Shown here one piece after another: positions 12,024-22,459 of a DNA stretch of 64,000 bases. A program made the position numbers and the translations under genes. The stretch's first letter is position 1; the number at the start of each line of letters is the position of its first letter. The notes under the pieces were generated by a model. The model was not told the origin of the DNA and made no database searches. It saw only the letters and a program-made list of their open reading frames with translations. Origin of the DNA: Acidobacteriota bacterium (GTDB lineage: Bacteria; Acidobacteriota; UBA890; WLXD01); the NCBI GenBank assembly GCA_963666055.2, contig CAXWPH010000014.1, forward strand, positions 1 to 64,000. The letters are read 5' to 3'.

Positions 12024-14351
12024 ATGAACCCGCTGTTGGCGCTTGCCCGCTGGTTGGACGTCCGCCCGCACCAGTACCGCACGTTCTCGGTGTCGGCTCT
12101 GGGCGCTTTTCTGGTCATGTCGTTCAGCGTCTCCGCGCGCGCCCTTCGCGAGGCCTTTTTCATCAACGAGTTCGCGGTCGAGTCGCTGCCGTACGTGATC
12201 ATTCTCACGGCGCTCGTCAGCCTACCCTCGGTCGGCGCATTCAGTCGCCTGATGGCCCACCACAAGCCCGAGGCCGTCTACCAGAGGCTGATCTCGATGC
12301 TCATCGCGGGCCTTGCCGTGCTCTGGGTTATCAACTCGTTGTTGGGCAAACCCGGCCCCGTCGATGTGTCTCGTCCGCTCCTCGTATCACCCGCGTTGGA
12401 CGGTCTCAGTACAGTGGCGTTCTACGTGTTCACGGCGCTGGGAACGTTGCTCCTCACCTCGGGGTTCTGGGTGGTCACCGCGGAGCGGTTCGCGCTGCGT
12501 GACGCGAAGCGGCTGTTCGGAATGATTGGCGCGGGTGGAACGTTGGGCGCCATGCTCGCTGGCATCTCGCTGGGCCCGCTGGTGCGGATCGTCGGCAACG
12601 GCGGACTCGTGGTGGGTCTGATGGTCACGCTGGGCTCTCTGCGTCTGTTGCTACGCTGGCTGCCGGGGCCCAGCGCCACTCCGGCGCCGCGCGACGTCGA
12701 CAGCCCGGCGGCCAGCAAGAGCTTGGCGCTCGTCGCCCGCAACCCGCACCTACGAAACATGGCGATGATCGTGGCAGTGGCCACCTTCGCGTCGGGCCTG
12801 ATCGACTACCAGTTCAAAGAGGCGGCGGGAGCTCTCTACACCGACGACGCGGACCTGGCAGCGTTCTTCGGTACGTTCTACGGCATCAGCGGCGTGGTGG
12901 CGTTGGCGATCCAGATGCTGGTGGCATCGCGTCTGCTCAGCTTCGCCGGTATCGGCGTCAGCCTGGCGATATTGCCGATCTTCCTCCTCACCGGCTCCGC
13001 GGCGCTGTTCTTTCTGCCCGGACTGATCACCGCTACCGTGGTTCGCGGCGCCGACAACACTCTACGGAAATCGGTTCACCGATCGGTGCTGGAATACCTC
13101 TACGTCCCCGTTCCCACCGGCCAGCGGCGTCAAACGAAGACGTTTATCGATTCGTTCGTCGACAGCGCTGCTGAGGGCGTCGCGGCGGCAGTGATCTTCG
13201 CCTGGGTGGTTTTCGCCGGGCTTCCGTCGCGCGGCCTCGCCATCGTCGTGGCCGTATCCGCTGCGGCGTTCCTGGTGCTCGCAAAGAGCATGGGGACAGA
13301 GTACTTCCGCACCCTGCTCGACAGACTCAAGGAGGGGCAGGACAGCATCGAGGACTCCTTGGTCCAGACCCACTTCGCTGGCGGCGAGATGACCATGACG
13401 GTGACGCAGTTCGACCTCAAGGCGGCGTTGACCCAGACAGGCATGACGATGCCCCTGGCAGCGAGGTCGGAGCAGCAGCCGGCAACGGCGCCGCCCGAGC
13501 AGGCCGCTACCTCCCTGGAGCGCATCATCGGCGGCGACCCGACGGTGATCTCGGCGACGCTCGACGACGCTGACGATTGGAGCGCCGCTCACGTAAAGGC
13601 GCTGATCAGACTACTTGCCCGCGATGTCTTCTACCGACGAGCTGGTCGTATCCTGAGTAGCCTCGGCGAGGACGCCATCGAACCTCTGGCCAGCCTGCTG
13701 CTGGATCCGGCTGCCGATTTCGTCATCCGGCGCCGCATTCCAGGCGTTCTCGCCGCGATGGATCTGGTGCGCGCCCACGACGCGCTCCTCGACGGGTTGG
13801 CCGGCGACCGCTTCGAGGTGCGTTACCGAAGCGGCGTAGCGCTGGCGCGTCGACGAAAGAAGCAGCGCGCCGCCGCCAAACACGATGTCGCCGACCGAGT
13901 CTGGAGCGCGGTGCCCGCCGAGGTGGGCCGGGATCGACCGATCTGGGAGCTACAACGGCTGCTAGGTGATCAACCGGCTCAGGACGATTTTGTCAGCGAT
14001 CGGGTATACGGGCGCGGCGAGCTTTCGCTCGAGCATACGTTCCGGCTATTGTCATTAGTCCTCGAGCCCGACCCGATCCGTACGGCATTTCACGGCATCG
14101 TTCTGGACGACGCCAAGCTCAAGAGCATCTCCCTCGAGTATCTGGAACAGGTACTCCCGCCAGACATTCGCACACGCCTATGGCCCTTTATCGGCGACCT
14201 CAGCGAGCACCAGCGGCGCAGCAGCGCGCGGGGCATGGACGCAGTCGTTGCCGATCTGCTGCGTACCGGCTCCACACTCTTCGGGGATGAGGCGGCGCGG
14301 GATCGGCTACGGCAGGCCCTTGAAGCAGACGATTCGGTTGATGACCTCTAG
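12024..14351 (+). CDS. Npt1/Npt2 (NTT)-like MFS transporter fused to HEAT-like repeats
   Basis: AKRLFGMIGAGGTLG, LIDYQFK, EYLYVPVP...KTFID; helical-repeat C-terminus (DRFEVRYRSGVAL). Confidence 0.8.
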   Translation: MNPLLALARWLDVRPHQYRTFSVSALGAFLVMSFSVSARALREAFFINEFAVESLPYVIILTALVSLPSVGAFSRLMAHHKPEAVYQRLISMLIAGLAVLWVINSLLGKPGPVDVSRPLLVSPALDGLSTVAFYVFTALGTLLLTSGFWVVTAERFALRDAKRLFGMIGAGGTLGAMLAGISLGPLVRIVGNGGLVVGLMVTLGSLRLLLRWLPGPSATPAPRDVDSPAASKSLALVARNPHLRNMAMIVAVATFASGLIDYQFKEAAGALYTDDADLAAFFGTFYGISGVVALAIQMLVASRLLSFAGIGVSLAILPIFLLTGSAALFFLPGLITATVVRGADNTLRKSVHRSVLEYLYVPVPTGQRRQTKTFIDSFVDSAAEGVAAAVIFAWVVFAGLPSRGLAIVVAVSAAAFLVLAKSMGTEYFRTLLDRLKEGQDSIEDSLVQTHFAGGEMTMTVTQFDLKAALTQTGMTMPLAARSEQQPATAPPEQAATSLERIIGGDPTVISATLDDADDWSAAHVKALIRLLARDVFYRRAGRILSSLGEDAIEPLASLLLDPAADFVIRRRIPGVLAAMDLVRAHDALLDGLAGDRFEVRYRSGVALARRRKKQRAAAKHDVADRVWSAVPAEVGRDRPIWELQRLLGDQPAQDDFVSDRVYGRGELSLEHTFRLLSLVLEPDPIRTAFHGIVLDDAKLKSISLEYLEQVLPPDIRTRLWPFIGDLSEHQRRSSARGMDAVVADLLRTGSTLFGDEAARDRLRQALEADDSVDDL

Positions 14352-14368
14352 CCGACCGGGGTGGAAAT

Positions 14369-15037
14369 GTGGTCAGGGTTGATCTCTACTTCGACTTCGT
14401 CTCTCCATATTCGTATCTGTTGCTGGCACAGGCTGCCGAGTTCGGCGAACGCCATGGCGTGGAATGGCGGTTGCAGCCAGTCGTCTATGGTGCCCTGCTG
14501 AACCACACCGGCCTGGTCGGCCCTGTCGAGGTGGAAGTCAAGCGGCAGTACACCTTTGCCGACGTGCGACGCAGCGCAGCGCTACTCGGGATTCCGTTGG
14601 TCGGCCCTCCGACGCACCCCTTTCGATCACTTGAGGCGCTGCGAGCGGTGTGCCTGTAACCCGCGGAGCCGCATTGCCGGGACCTGTCGACCGCCTTGGC
14701 ACACGCGTGCTGGGGCGTCGGCCGCGACCTAGCCGACCTCGGTACGCTCGCAGAGGTTGTCGCAGAAACCGGCCTCGACGCCAGCAACCTGGAGGCGCGA
14801 CTGTCCGCCAGCGAGACGAAGAATCGACTGCGAGAATCAACCTCACGTGCTATCGAGCGAGGCGTCTTCGGGGTGCCGACCTGTCGCCTGGGCGATGAGC
14901 TGTTCTGGGGCCAGGATCGCCTGACACATCTTGCCGCGCGGATCGCCGGCAGGATCCCGAACCCACTCGAAGAAATCGACCCGTTACTCGAGCGACCTCG
15001 AGACGCCGACCGCAGGCGCGGCAAATCGGCACCCTAG
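14369..15037 (+). pseudogene. 2-hydroxychromene-2-carboxylate isomerase / DsbA-family protein with an in-frame TAA at 14657-14659
   Basis: YFDFVSPYSY N-half and GVFGVPT...FWGQDRL C-half are in the same frame, separated by a single stop. Confidence 0.8.
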
Positions 15038-15312
15038 CAGGCCGTGGTGGAAGTGTGGTGGGCCTGGTTACGGCGAGTTGGGGCCAGATGGAAGGCGGCC
15101 TGACGCTGGCGATGCTGCCGCGATCGTCGAGGAAGGTCAACGCCGCAGATGGCCCCAACTCGCCGTAACCCTTCGGGCAACAGGGGGTTGCGCGCGTATG
15201 CTACGTCGTTCGTCGTCAACGATGGGGTAACCATCGCCTCCTCTTCTCTCCTTGCCTGCCCCTCGCAAGACCCTGTCGCCAGGCCCGCCACACTTCCACC
15301 ACGGCCTGCTAG
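15034..15312. mobile_element. 279-bp full-length MITE-like palindromic element (CTAG ends)
   Basis: 34-bp TIR ctagcaggccgtggtggaagtgtgg(t/c)gggcctgg, 33/34 identical; internal perfect 21-bp IR 15066-15086/15150-15170; two copies of the core motif in opposite orientation. Confidence 0.9.
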
Positions 15313-15335
15313 CATCCCCTGTTCGACAAGCGCGA

Positions 15336-16100
15336 TCAGTCGCTGCGCGACACTGCCTCGATCAGTTCATCGAGCTCCTGCCGACGACCGACGAGCTCCG
15401 CCAATAGAGCTTCCTGGCGACGCGTCAGCTCGTCGATGATCACCTCGAGCTGCAGCGACGGACCATCCACGGCGCGTTGTAACGTCTCCGCGTCTTTGGC
15501 ATCGACCACGCTGCGCAATCTCTCGCTCAGGCGTGTGACCAGGGTGAGAGCTTCGACCACGTGTTCGAGCGCTTCGCCGACGCCGTGCCAGCGGCGCAGA
15601 TCGTCGCAGCGCTCCTGCGTCGCCCTCAGCGCCGCGAGGCCCGCCTCGAGCTGCGCTGCCGCATGCTCCTGGACGCGCTCGAGGGTCCCGGAGACTTCCT
15701 TGCGCAGCGCCAAGATGTCGCCTTGCAGATCGGCCAGCGCATGCTCGATCGTTCCCTGGCGCTGGTCGAGCGTCGGCAGCAAGTCGCCAATCAGCCAGTT
15801 GGCGAGCCAGCCGCGCAAGCCGGCGGCCGGAAGCCTCCACGCGGCCCGCTCCGCGGGTCTGGCGGGCTTCGCGGCCGTCGCCAGCAGTGGCGCCTGCGGC
15901 GCACCGACACTGTCTCCAGCGGCGGCAGGATCGCCGGACACGTCTTCGGCCGACGCGAGCGCAAAGCGATCCAGCAAAGCTCGCAGGCTGTCGGCGCGGA
16001 TCTCGAACCGGTGCATGCATTCCAGGTACTCCGCCTCGACGGCGACGCGGGCAGCCTCGAGGGCATCCAGCTTGGCGGTGACGCGAGGCTCTTCAGCCAT
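15336..16100 (-). CDS. Hypothetical coiled-coil protein
   Basis: Heptad-rich ORF overlapping the glycerate kinase stop, suggesting co-transcription. Confidence 0.7.
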   Translation of the reverse strand: MAEEPRVTAKLDALEAARVAVEAEYLECMHRFEIRADSLRALLDRFALASAEDVSGDPAAAGDSVGAPQAPLLATAAKPARPAERAAWRLPAAGLRGWLANWLIGDLLPTLDQRQGTIEHALADLQGDILALRKEVSGTLERVQEHAAAQLEAGLAALRATQERCDDLRRWHGVGEALEHVVEALTLVTRLSERLRSVVDAKDAETLQRAVDGPSLQLEVIIDELTRRQEALLAELVGRRQELDELIEAVSRSD

Positions 16101-17475
16101 GCGATGGTGCTCCCACCAGAACGATCTGTAGATCCATCACGTTGGTCCTCGTAGGACCGGTACGAACGAGATCACCTAGCTCATCGAAGAACGTATACGA
16201 GTCGTTGTCCAACAGGAAATCAGCGGCGTCCAAGGCGCGTGCCCGCGCCCGACCGACGGTTGTGCCGTCGGCAAAGGCACCGGCCGCATCAGTAGGGCCA
16301 TCGGTGCCATCCGTGCCGACGGCGACGAAGGTCACCGCGTCGGTACCCTCGAGATGTATTGCCGCTGCCAGTGCAGCCTCCTGATTCCGGCCACCGCGCC
16401 CCGCTCCGCTCAGCGTTACCGTGGTTTCGCCGCCCGCCAGCAAACAAATCGGCGCTCCATCGGTGCCGACGCACGACGCACCGACAGCGGCCAGGCGACG
16501 TCCGACAGATCGTGCTTCCCCCTGCAGCGTCGCCGTTAATACGAATGGCCGATAGCCGAGATCTGATGCCTGGGCTACGGCTGCTGTGAGCGCCCGGGTG
16601 TTGTCACCGACCACCACACTGCAGGCGCGCTCGAAGACTGGCGAACCTGGCGCGGGCGTCTCCTGGATCTCTCCACGCGCGCCGCGGCTGAGGTGTTCGA
16701 GAACGGACGCCGGGAGGCGGTCATGCAGCCCGTGGCTCTCGACCACCGCGAGACAGTCGGCAAAGCTCGTGGGATCGGGCACGGTGGGCCCGGAGCCGAT
16801 CGCCGTGAGCTCGTTGCCGACAACATCTGACAGCATCAGGGTGAGCAGCTCGGCCGGACGGGCAACTTCAGCCAACCGCCCTCCCTTCACCGCCGATAGG
16901 TGCTTGCGGATCGCGTTGACGCTATCGATGGGCGCCCCAGAGGCAAGCAGCGCCTCAGTGGTTTGCTGCAGCTGTTCGAGCTCGATCCCTATCGCCGGTT
17001 GAACCATCAGCGCCGACGCCCCGCCCGAGATCAAGCAAACGACCAGGTCGTCTTCGCCGGCTGCCGAGACCAGACGTAGCAGCTCGGCAGTGGCCGTCAA
17101 TCCGCGCCTATCGGGAACAGGATGGCTCGCCTCATAGACACGTATGCGCTGTAGCGGCAGCCCGTGCCCGTCCTTGGTGATCACCATTCCGTCAGCGATA
17201 CGCGACCCGAAAAGGCGCTCCATTGCCGCCGCCATCGGCGCCGCGGCCTTGCCGGCGCCTACAACCAGCAGGCGGCCCGACGGCAGCAACGTCGAGCTGC
17301 TCCCAACACGCAACAGTGCGCCTTCACCCTGCGGGCTGCCACACAGCTGGAGCTGCTCGTCGACGATGCGCTCACCGTCCACCGAGGCAATCGCCGCATC
17401 AAGGATGGCGCGCGCGTGTAACCGGTGGCGGTGACAGGATGCATGGATGCGGTCGTCGCCGCCGGGCGGAGTCAA
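16093..17475 (-). CDS. Glycerate kinase type 2 (MOFRL/TtuD family)
   Basis: VGAGKAA, EASHPVPD, LISGGASAL, GGETTV, GGRNQE, GTDGTDG, TGPTRTNVMD. Confidence 0.93.
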   Translation of the reverse strand: MTPPGGDDRIHASCHRHRLHARAILDAAIASVDGERIVDEQLQLCGSPQGEGALLRVGSSSTLLPSGRLLVVGAGKAAAPMAAAMERLFGSRIADGMVITKDGHGLPLQRIRVYEASHPVPDRRGLTATAELLRLVSAAGEDDLVVCLISGGASALMVQPAIGIELEQLQQTTEALLASGAPIDSVNAIRKHLSAVKGGRLAEVARPAELLTLMLSDVVGNELTAIGSGPTVPDPTSFADCLAVVESHGLHDRLPASVLEHLSRGARGEIQETPAPGSPVFERACSVVVGDNTRALTAAVAQASDLGYRPFVLTATLQGEARSVGRRLAAVGASCVGTDGAPICLLAGGETTVTLSGAGRGGRNQEAALAAAIHLEGTDAVTFVAVGTDGTDGPTDAAGAFADGTTVGRARARALDAADFLLDNDSYTFFDELGDLVRTGPTRTNVMDLQIVLVGAPSHG

Positions 17476-18005
17476 TACTTCAGAACGGAGTGCACTTCGA
17501 TCTCTTCGAGGTGCTTTCGCCCTTCCAGGAAGGTGAGCTCGACGAGCACCGCCACGCCCAGCACCTCCGCGTCGAGGCGACCTACGAGCTCGACCGCGGC
17601 TCGCGCCGTTCCACCGGTGGCGAGAAGGTCATCAACAACCAACACCCGCTGATCGGGGCACAGGGCGTCGCGATGGATCTCGAGGCTGTCGGAGCCGTAC
17701 TCGAGGTCGTAGTGAACGCGCTCTGTCGCGGCCGGCAGCCGCCCTGGTTTGCGCATCAACGCGAGGCCGCACTCTAGCTCGAGCGCCATGGCGGCGCCGA
17801 ACGGGAAACCGCGCGATTCGACCGCCGCGAGCATCTGCGGGCGTCGGTCGCGGAACGGCTCGCACATCGCCTGTACGGCCACCCGAAAGGCACCGGCGTC
17901 CTTGAGCAAGGGGGTGATGTCCTTGAAGACGATCCCCGGTGTCGGGAAGTCGGGTACGTCGCGAATCAACCCGCGAAGTCGGTTTTCTGCCGCAGAAAGG
18001 TCCAT
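17472..18005 (-). CDS. apt: Adenine phosphoribosyltransferase
   Basis: PDFPTPGIVFKDITPL, ESRGF, YDLEYG, VDDLLATGGT. Confidence 0.96.
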   Translation of the reverse strand: MDLSAAENRLRGLIRDVPDFPTPGIVFKDITPLLKDAGAFRVAVQAMCEPFRDRRPQMLAAVESRGFPFGAAMALELECGLALMRKPGRLPAATERVHYDLEYGSDSLEIHRDALCPDQRVLVVDDLLATGGTARAAVELVGRLDAEVLGVAVLVELTFLEGRKHLEEIEVHSVLKY

Positions 18006-18058
18006 CGACGTTAACCGATGAGCACAGCGCGACAACCGCCGCGTCAAGCATTAAGAGA

Positions 18059-18136
18059 TGGTCGGGGCGGGGAGATTTGAACTCCCGACCTCACGGACCC
18101 GAACCGTGCGCGCTATCCAAGCTGCGCTACGCCCCG
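18059..18136 (-). tRNA. tRNA-Pro(CGG), CCA encoded
   Basis: cggggcgtagcgcagc...cacgg-ttCGGgt-ccgtg...gttcaaatc...ccccgacca. Confidence 0.95.
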
Positions 18137-18177
18137 ACACGAAAACCCCAGGCGGAAGGCGAGTGTAGCATGGACCA

Positions 18178-19179
18178 ATGCTCGACAATGTGCCGGCCGC
18201 TACTGCCTCTCCTGGCCCGACGCCGAGCGTTCGCACGGTGCGCGCAGCCATCGGCGGGCTCCTTATGGGGGTGGCCAACCTCGTCCCCGGCATCAGCGGC
18301 GGGACGATGCTGCTGGCGGCTGGTGTCTACGGCGAGTTCATCGACGCAGTGGCCGATATTTCCCGATTCCGCTGGCGTCGGCGCTCGGTGCTGCTGGTGC
18401 TGCTGGTCGGTGGCACAGCGGCGCTCGGCATCGCCCTCCTGGCCGGGCCGGTCAGAGATCTCGTCGTGCACCACCGGTGGATCATGTACTGCCTGTTCGT
18501 CGGCCTCACGATTGGCGGCATCCCGGCGTTGTGGCGACTTGCCCGGCCGGGATCGCTGCCACTCTGGGTGGGTGTAGCCGCGGGAGTCGGCGGCATGGCG
18601 GCACTGGGTATCGCGCAACGCAGCGTTGCGGCGACGAGCGGCGCCGGCGGCGGATTCGTTCCGCTTATCATCGCCGGCGCGGCAGGTGCCGCGTCGATGA
18701 TCTTGCCGGGCATCAGCGGCGGCTACCTGTTGCTCCTTCTCGGTCAGTACGTGCACATCCTGACCGCCATCGAGCGTGGCATCGACGCGGCGCGCAGCGC
18801 TGACCTCGCCGGACTCGCGGACCCTGTGCTCGGTGTATTCGTACCGTTGGGACTCGGCATTCTGATCGGTGTTGCGTTGATCAGCAACCTGCTTCGCTAC
18901 CTCCTGCACCGGCATCGCTCCGCCACACTCGGCGTGTTACTGGGGCTGCTGGCCGGCGTCGTTGCCGGCCTCTGGCCGTTCCAGCAAGCGGTCGAGCCGC
19001 CCCTGGGGACGAGCATCGAAGGTGTTGTGGTTACGTCGGAGAACCTCCAAGACATCGACCGCTCCGATTGGCCGGTCGAGTCGTTTCGGCCAACCTCCGG
19101 TCAGGCCGGCGCAGGCCTGTTGCTGGTGCTCGGCGGCACCGTCGTCACGCTCGTGGTCTCGAGGCTCGGGGACAGCTGA
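18178..19179 (+). CDS. DUF368 family membrane protein
   Basis: GLLMGVANLVPGISGGT and SMILPGISGGYLLLLLGQY. Confidence 0.88.
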   Translation: MLDNVPAATASPGPTPSVRTVRAAIGGLLMGVANLVPGISGGTMLLAAGVYGEFIDAVADISRFRWRRRSVLLVLLVGGTAALGIALLAGPVRDLVVHHRWIMYCLFVGLTIGGIPALWRLARPGSLPLWVGVAAGVGGMAALGIAQRSVAATSGAGGGFVPLIIAGAAGAASMILPGISGGYLLLLLGQYVHILTAIERGIDAARSADLAGLADPVLGVFVPLGLGILIGVALISNLLRYLLHRHRSATLGVLLGLLAGVVAGLWPFQQAVEPPLGTSIEGVVVTSENLQDIDRSDWPVESFRPTSGQAGAGLLLVLGGTVVTLVVSRLGDS

Positions 19180-19980
19180 TCACTCCGTCCGGAATTCAGC
19201 GTCGAGACCGGGTTCCCAGGCGCGCCGGATGCGCTCCAGGAAGGCGCGGTGCGTCAGATCGAGGTGCAGCGGGGTGATCGATACGTAGCCGCTCTTCACC
19301 GCGGTGTAGTCAGTATCCTCGGGCTGTTCCATCGCCCTGGCCTCTCCGCTGCCAACCCAGTAGGTAATGCGACCGCGCGGGTCGACTGCCTCGTGCACAA
19401 CCTGATCGTAAAGGTGTTTCCCTTGACGCGTGCAGCGCACCCCGCGCACTGGGTCGACCGGCACGTTGACGTTGAGCAGAATATCGTCGGGTAGTCCTTC
19501 CGCGAGTACCCGATCAGCGATCCTCCGGGCCACCCGGCACGAGGTGTCCCAGCCGAAGGTCACCGCATCGTTCTGCCCACGATCTTGACTGGTTTGCCCA
19601 ACCTGCGAGATGGCAATCGAGGGGATCCCCAGGATCGTCCCCTCCAGTGCCGCGGCCACGGTGCCCGAATACGTCACGTCGTCGCCGATATTGCCGCCAC
19701 GGTTGATTCCCGAAGCAACGAGGCCGGGCTTCCGCTCGAGAACGCGCAGCGCCCCGAGGTAGACACAATCGGCCGGCGTTCCATCGACCGTGTATATACC
19801 CGGGTCGATGCGCCGCAGGGCCACCGGCCGATGCAGGGTAAGGGCGTGCGAGGCGGCGCTCTTCTCGCGGTCGGGAGCCACGACCGTCACCTCGCCAAGC
19901 GGGCGCAGAGCGTCAGCGAGAGCATGCAGCCCCGGCGAGTGGATTCCGTCGTCGTTGGTCACGAGTATCGACTTGGTCAC
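19180..19980 (-). CDS. surE: 5'/3'-nucleotidase SurE
   Basis: ILVTNDDG, GTPADCV, SGINRGGNIG, YSGTVAAA, VSITPL; GTG start at 19980 inferred. Confidence 0.95.
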   Translation of the reverse strand: MTKSILVTNDDGIHSPGLHALADALRPLGEVTVVAPDREKSAASHALTLHRPVALRRIDPGIYTVDGTPADCVYLGALRVLERKPGLVASGINRGGNIGDDVTYSGTVAAALEGTILGIPSIAISQVGQTSQDRGQNDAVTFGWDTSCRVARRIADRVLAEGLPDDILLNVNVPVDPVRGVRCTRQGKHLYDQVVHEAVDPRGRITYWVGSGEARAMEQPEDTDYTAVKSGYVSITPLHLDLTHRAFLERIRRAWEPGLDAEFRTE

Positions 19981-20109
19981 AACGGATCTTGGTTCAGTCG
20001 GGACAGGGAACAACGTGAAGGTGTGCTCGATGGCCGCTAGCTTGCGGCAGGCATCCTTGACCGTCGCGCCTCGGGCCAGCTCACTTCAGCCTCCCAGCTT
20101 GCGCACGAT

Positions 20110-20937
20110 CTACTCGGCGTTCTGGCCTCCGGCTCCTGACCCAGATCGTGACATTACCTCCGGATCCGTTGGGAGGGGGCGGGGCATCTCGGCCTCCAAG
20201 AAGGCCACGGACCGGTCAGGGTTGTAGCCGATGACCAGGACGTCGCGGATAGCGGGTTGCCCAGACGTCTTGGGTCTGATCGGCGACACGCCGTGCATCA
20301 CGTGCGGATCCCAGAGGATTAGCGAGTCCATGGACTCCCGAAGGGTGACGCTCTGCAGCAGGCACCGGTCGTTGTCGTAGACGCCGCTGACGCCACCTAC
20401 TACGTTCTGGCGCTGAACAAGGTGGACCGCGTTGAACTCATCTCCATCGTGGTGGATGCCTTCCGGTGTCGGCTCGCCGACTTCGTCCGGCTGCCCGATG
20501 ATCCGGAACATATGGATATCGACAGTCCACGTACGGACGTCCTCCCAGCCTGCGACCGGAAACTGGCTGAAGTCGAATCGGATGAGCTCACGCAGAAACG
20601 GGTTGGCGACGGTCGAGTCCCTCAGTGGGGCGAACTGTCGATCGATCCCGCCGGCGTAGCGGTTGACGTCAGGCGACTGGTAGTAAACGGCCTGGCTCAG
20701 AGAGCGAAGCTCCCCGGTGGTGGGCGTCAGCTCGAAGTAGCCCATACGCCGCATCCGGAAGCTCGCGCCGCTCTTGAGGTAGCGATCCGGCCGGAGATGT
20801 TCCCACTCGTGCCACAGCCGTCTCCGCGCATCCGACAGGCGCGGCGCGATCGAGAATCGACTCGCCGGGACCCACGCGTACCTGTTGTCGCGTAGATCGC
20901 AGAAGGTCTCGGAGTCGCAGCGAATCAGGTCGATCAC
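20110..20937 (-). CDS. 2OG-Fe(II) dioxygenase family protein
   Basis: YYQS..NRYAGGIDRQF, PTPEGIHHDG (HxD), HGVSPI, RDVLVI. Confidence 0.85.
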   Translation of the reverse strand: MIDLIRCDSETFCDLRDNRYAWVPASRFSIAPRLSDARRRLWHEWEHLRPDRYLKSGASFRMRRMGYFELTPTTGELRSLSQAVYYQSPDVNRYAGGIDRQFAPLRDSTVANPFLRELIRFDFSQFPVAGWEDVRTWTVDIHMFRIIGQPDEVGEPTPEGIHHDGDEFNAVHLVQRQNVVGGVSGVYDNDRCLLQSVTLRESMDSLILWDPHVMHGVSPIRPKTSGQPAIRDVLVIGYNPDRSVAFLEAEMPRPLPTDPEVMSRSGSGAGGQNAE

Positions 20938-21404
20938 GGTGGGTCCTAGTCAGCATGGGACGCGATATCCGCGGGTTCGCAGTCTCCCTCGGAGCCCTTT
21001 CCGACCAGCCCGTGCTCGCCGTCATCCTCATAGCCCTAGGGTAACATGAGCAGCAAACGCCGCGATCCACATGGACAGCGTCGGAACGGGGAGCCCACCG
21101 TGACCATTCTGCCGACCAAACGAAATCGCGCTCACTGAATCAGATCATCGGAGAGCACCGTACCGCTTGTGCTATTGCCTCCCTGACCCAGTATACCCAA
21201 CAATAGCAACGTATATTATGACCTGCTCGTAAGCGTCAGGCTTGCCGTGGTTGGGCATGGTGTCACCTCGGGCTGGATTGTGACACGAGTTATATCACCT
21301 GGTCCACCGATTCCGCTTCAGCGCCTTCCCGGACCTCTCCCGTGGACCCTCGCGTGCCTCAGCGATAGTCTGCAGACGCTCACCCACCCCCCTCTGGTAG
21401 CGCC

Positions 21405-21856
21405 ATGCAACCCGGCACCAAACTAGGCCCCTATGAGATCACCGAGCAGCTCGGTGCTGGCGGCATGGGCGAGGTGTACCTGGCGCAGGACACCCGCCTG
21501 GGCCGCAAGGTGGCCATCAAGGTGCTGCCCGCCGAGTTTGCCTCTGACCCCGAACGCCTCGCCCGCTTCGAGCAGGAGGCTCGCGCTGCCGCCGCCCTGA
21601 ACCATCCGCACATCGCAGCCGTTCATGACATGGTCGTGGAGGACGGCACCCACTTCATGGTGCAGGAGTACCTGGAGGGAGACACGCTACGGGAGCCGCT
21701 TCAGAAGGGTGCGCTGCCGCTCAAGAAGGCACTCGGCCTGGCCACCGAGATCGCCGAGGCACTGGCAGCGGCACATGCTGCTGGGATCATCCACCGGGAT
21801 CTGAAGCCGGAGAACATCTTCGTCACCAAGGAGGGGCACGCCAAGGTGCTGGACTT
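21405..21856 (+). pseudogene. N-terminal fragment of a Hanks-type Ser/Thr kinase, broken inside the DFG motif
   Basis: [28 protein letters not shown], then unrelated sequence after gactt at 21856. Confidence 0.9.
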
Positions 21857-22459
21857 GTGGGGATACGTTCAGGTGTCGACCCCATCAACATGGGATGCAA
21901 AGCGTCCTACACGAACATCCTGAGTTTCATCTTCGATTTTGGCGGTCAGAGCGTGAGCCGGCGTAACATCTCAGGGACGTGCGTCAAGACGCAGGAGCTC
22001 GTTACGCACTCCGAAGTCGACGGACAACCGGGGACTACCACAAGAGACGGGACTCCGTTCGTACCCGGTGCTGGTGCAACGAGCCCTGTATGTGGCCAGG
22101 GCTGCATCGACGGAGCGATCCTCGGAAGCCCGGCGAAGCGTATTGCCGCGGCCTCGGGCTCTGGGAACTCTCAAGTCTGGCTGGTCAATGCTACCGGGGG
22201 CAATGAGATAGCGTATTTCGCCGAGGAGCTCCCGACCGGAAAGGAAGGCGAGAAGGTTCTCCGGATCACCGGACCCGACAATGTTGGCACGGAGATGTTT
22301 CCGAAGGGAAACGCATTCTTTGGGATACCTCTACGCGACAGCGCAACCGATGCTGGAAGCTACTTCTTTGTCGTCTATGATCCCAAGACACTGAAAGTTC
22401 GTTCGACTCGCGAGATCGAGCTGCCGGGTGCTGCTGGTTCTTATGACTCGGGAAGGTAG
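21857..22459 (+). pseudogene. 3' fragment of an unknown (possibly secreted) protein gene
   Basis: 200-codon open frame starting exactly at the kinase breakpoint with no RBS or start context. Confidence 0.5.

Noticed and set aside
18061-18090. Near-identical sequence to 37724-37753 as an att site
   Set aside because: Explained by two complete tRNA-Pro isoacceptors sharing the T-arm and acceptor stem.
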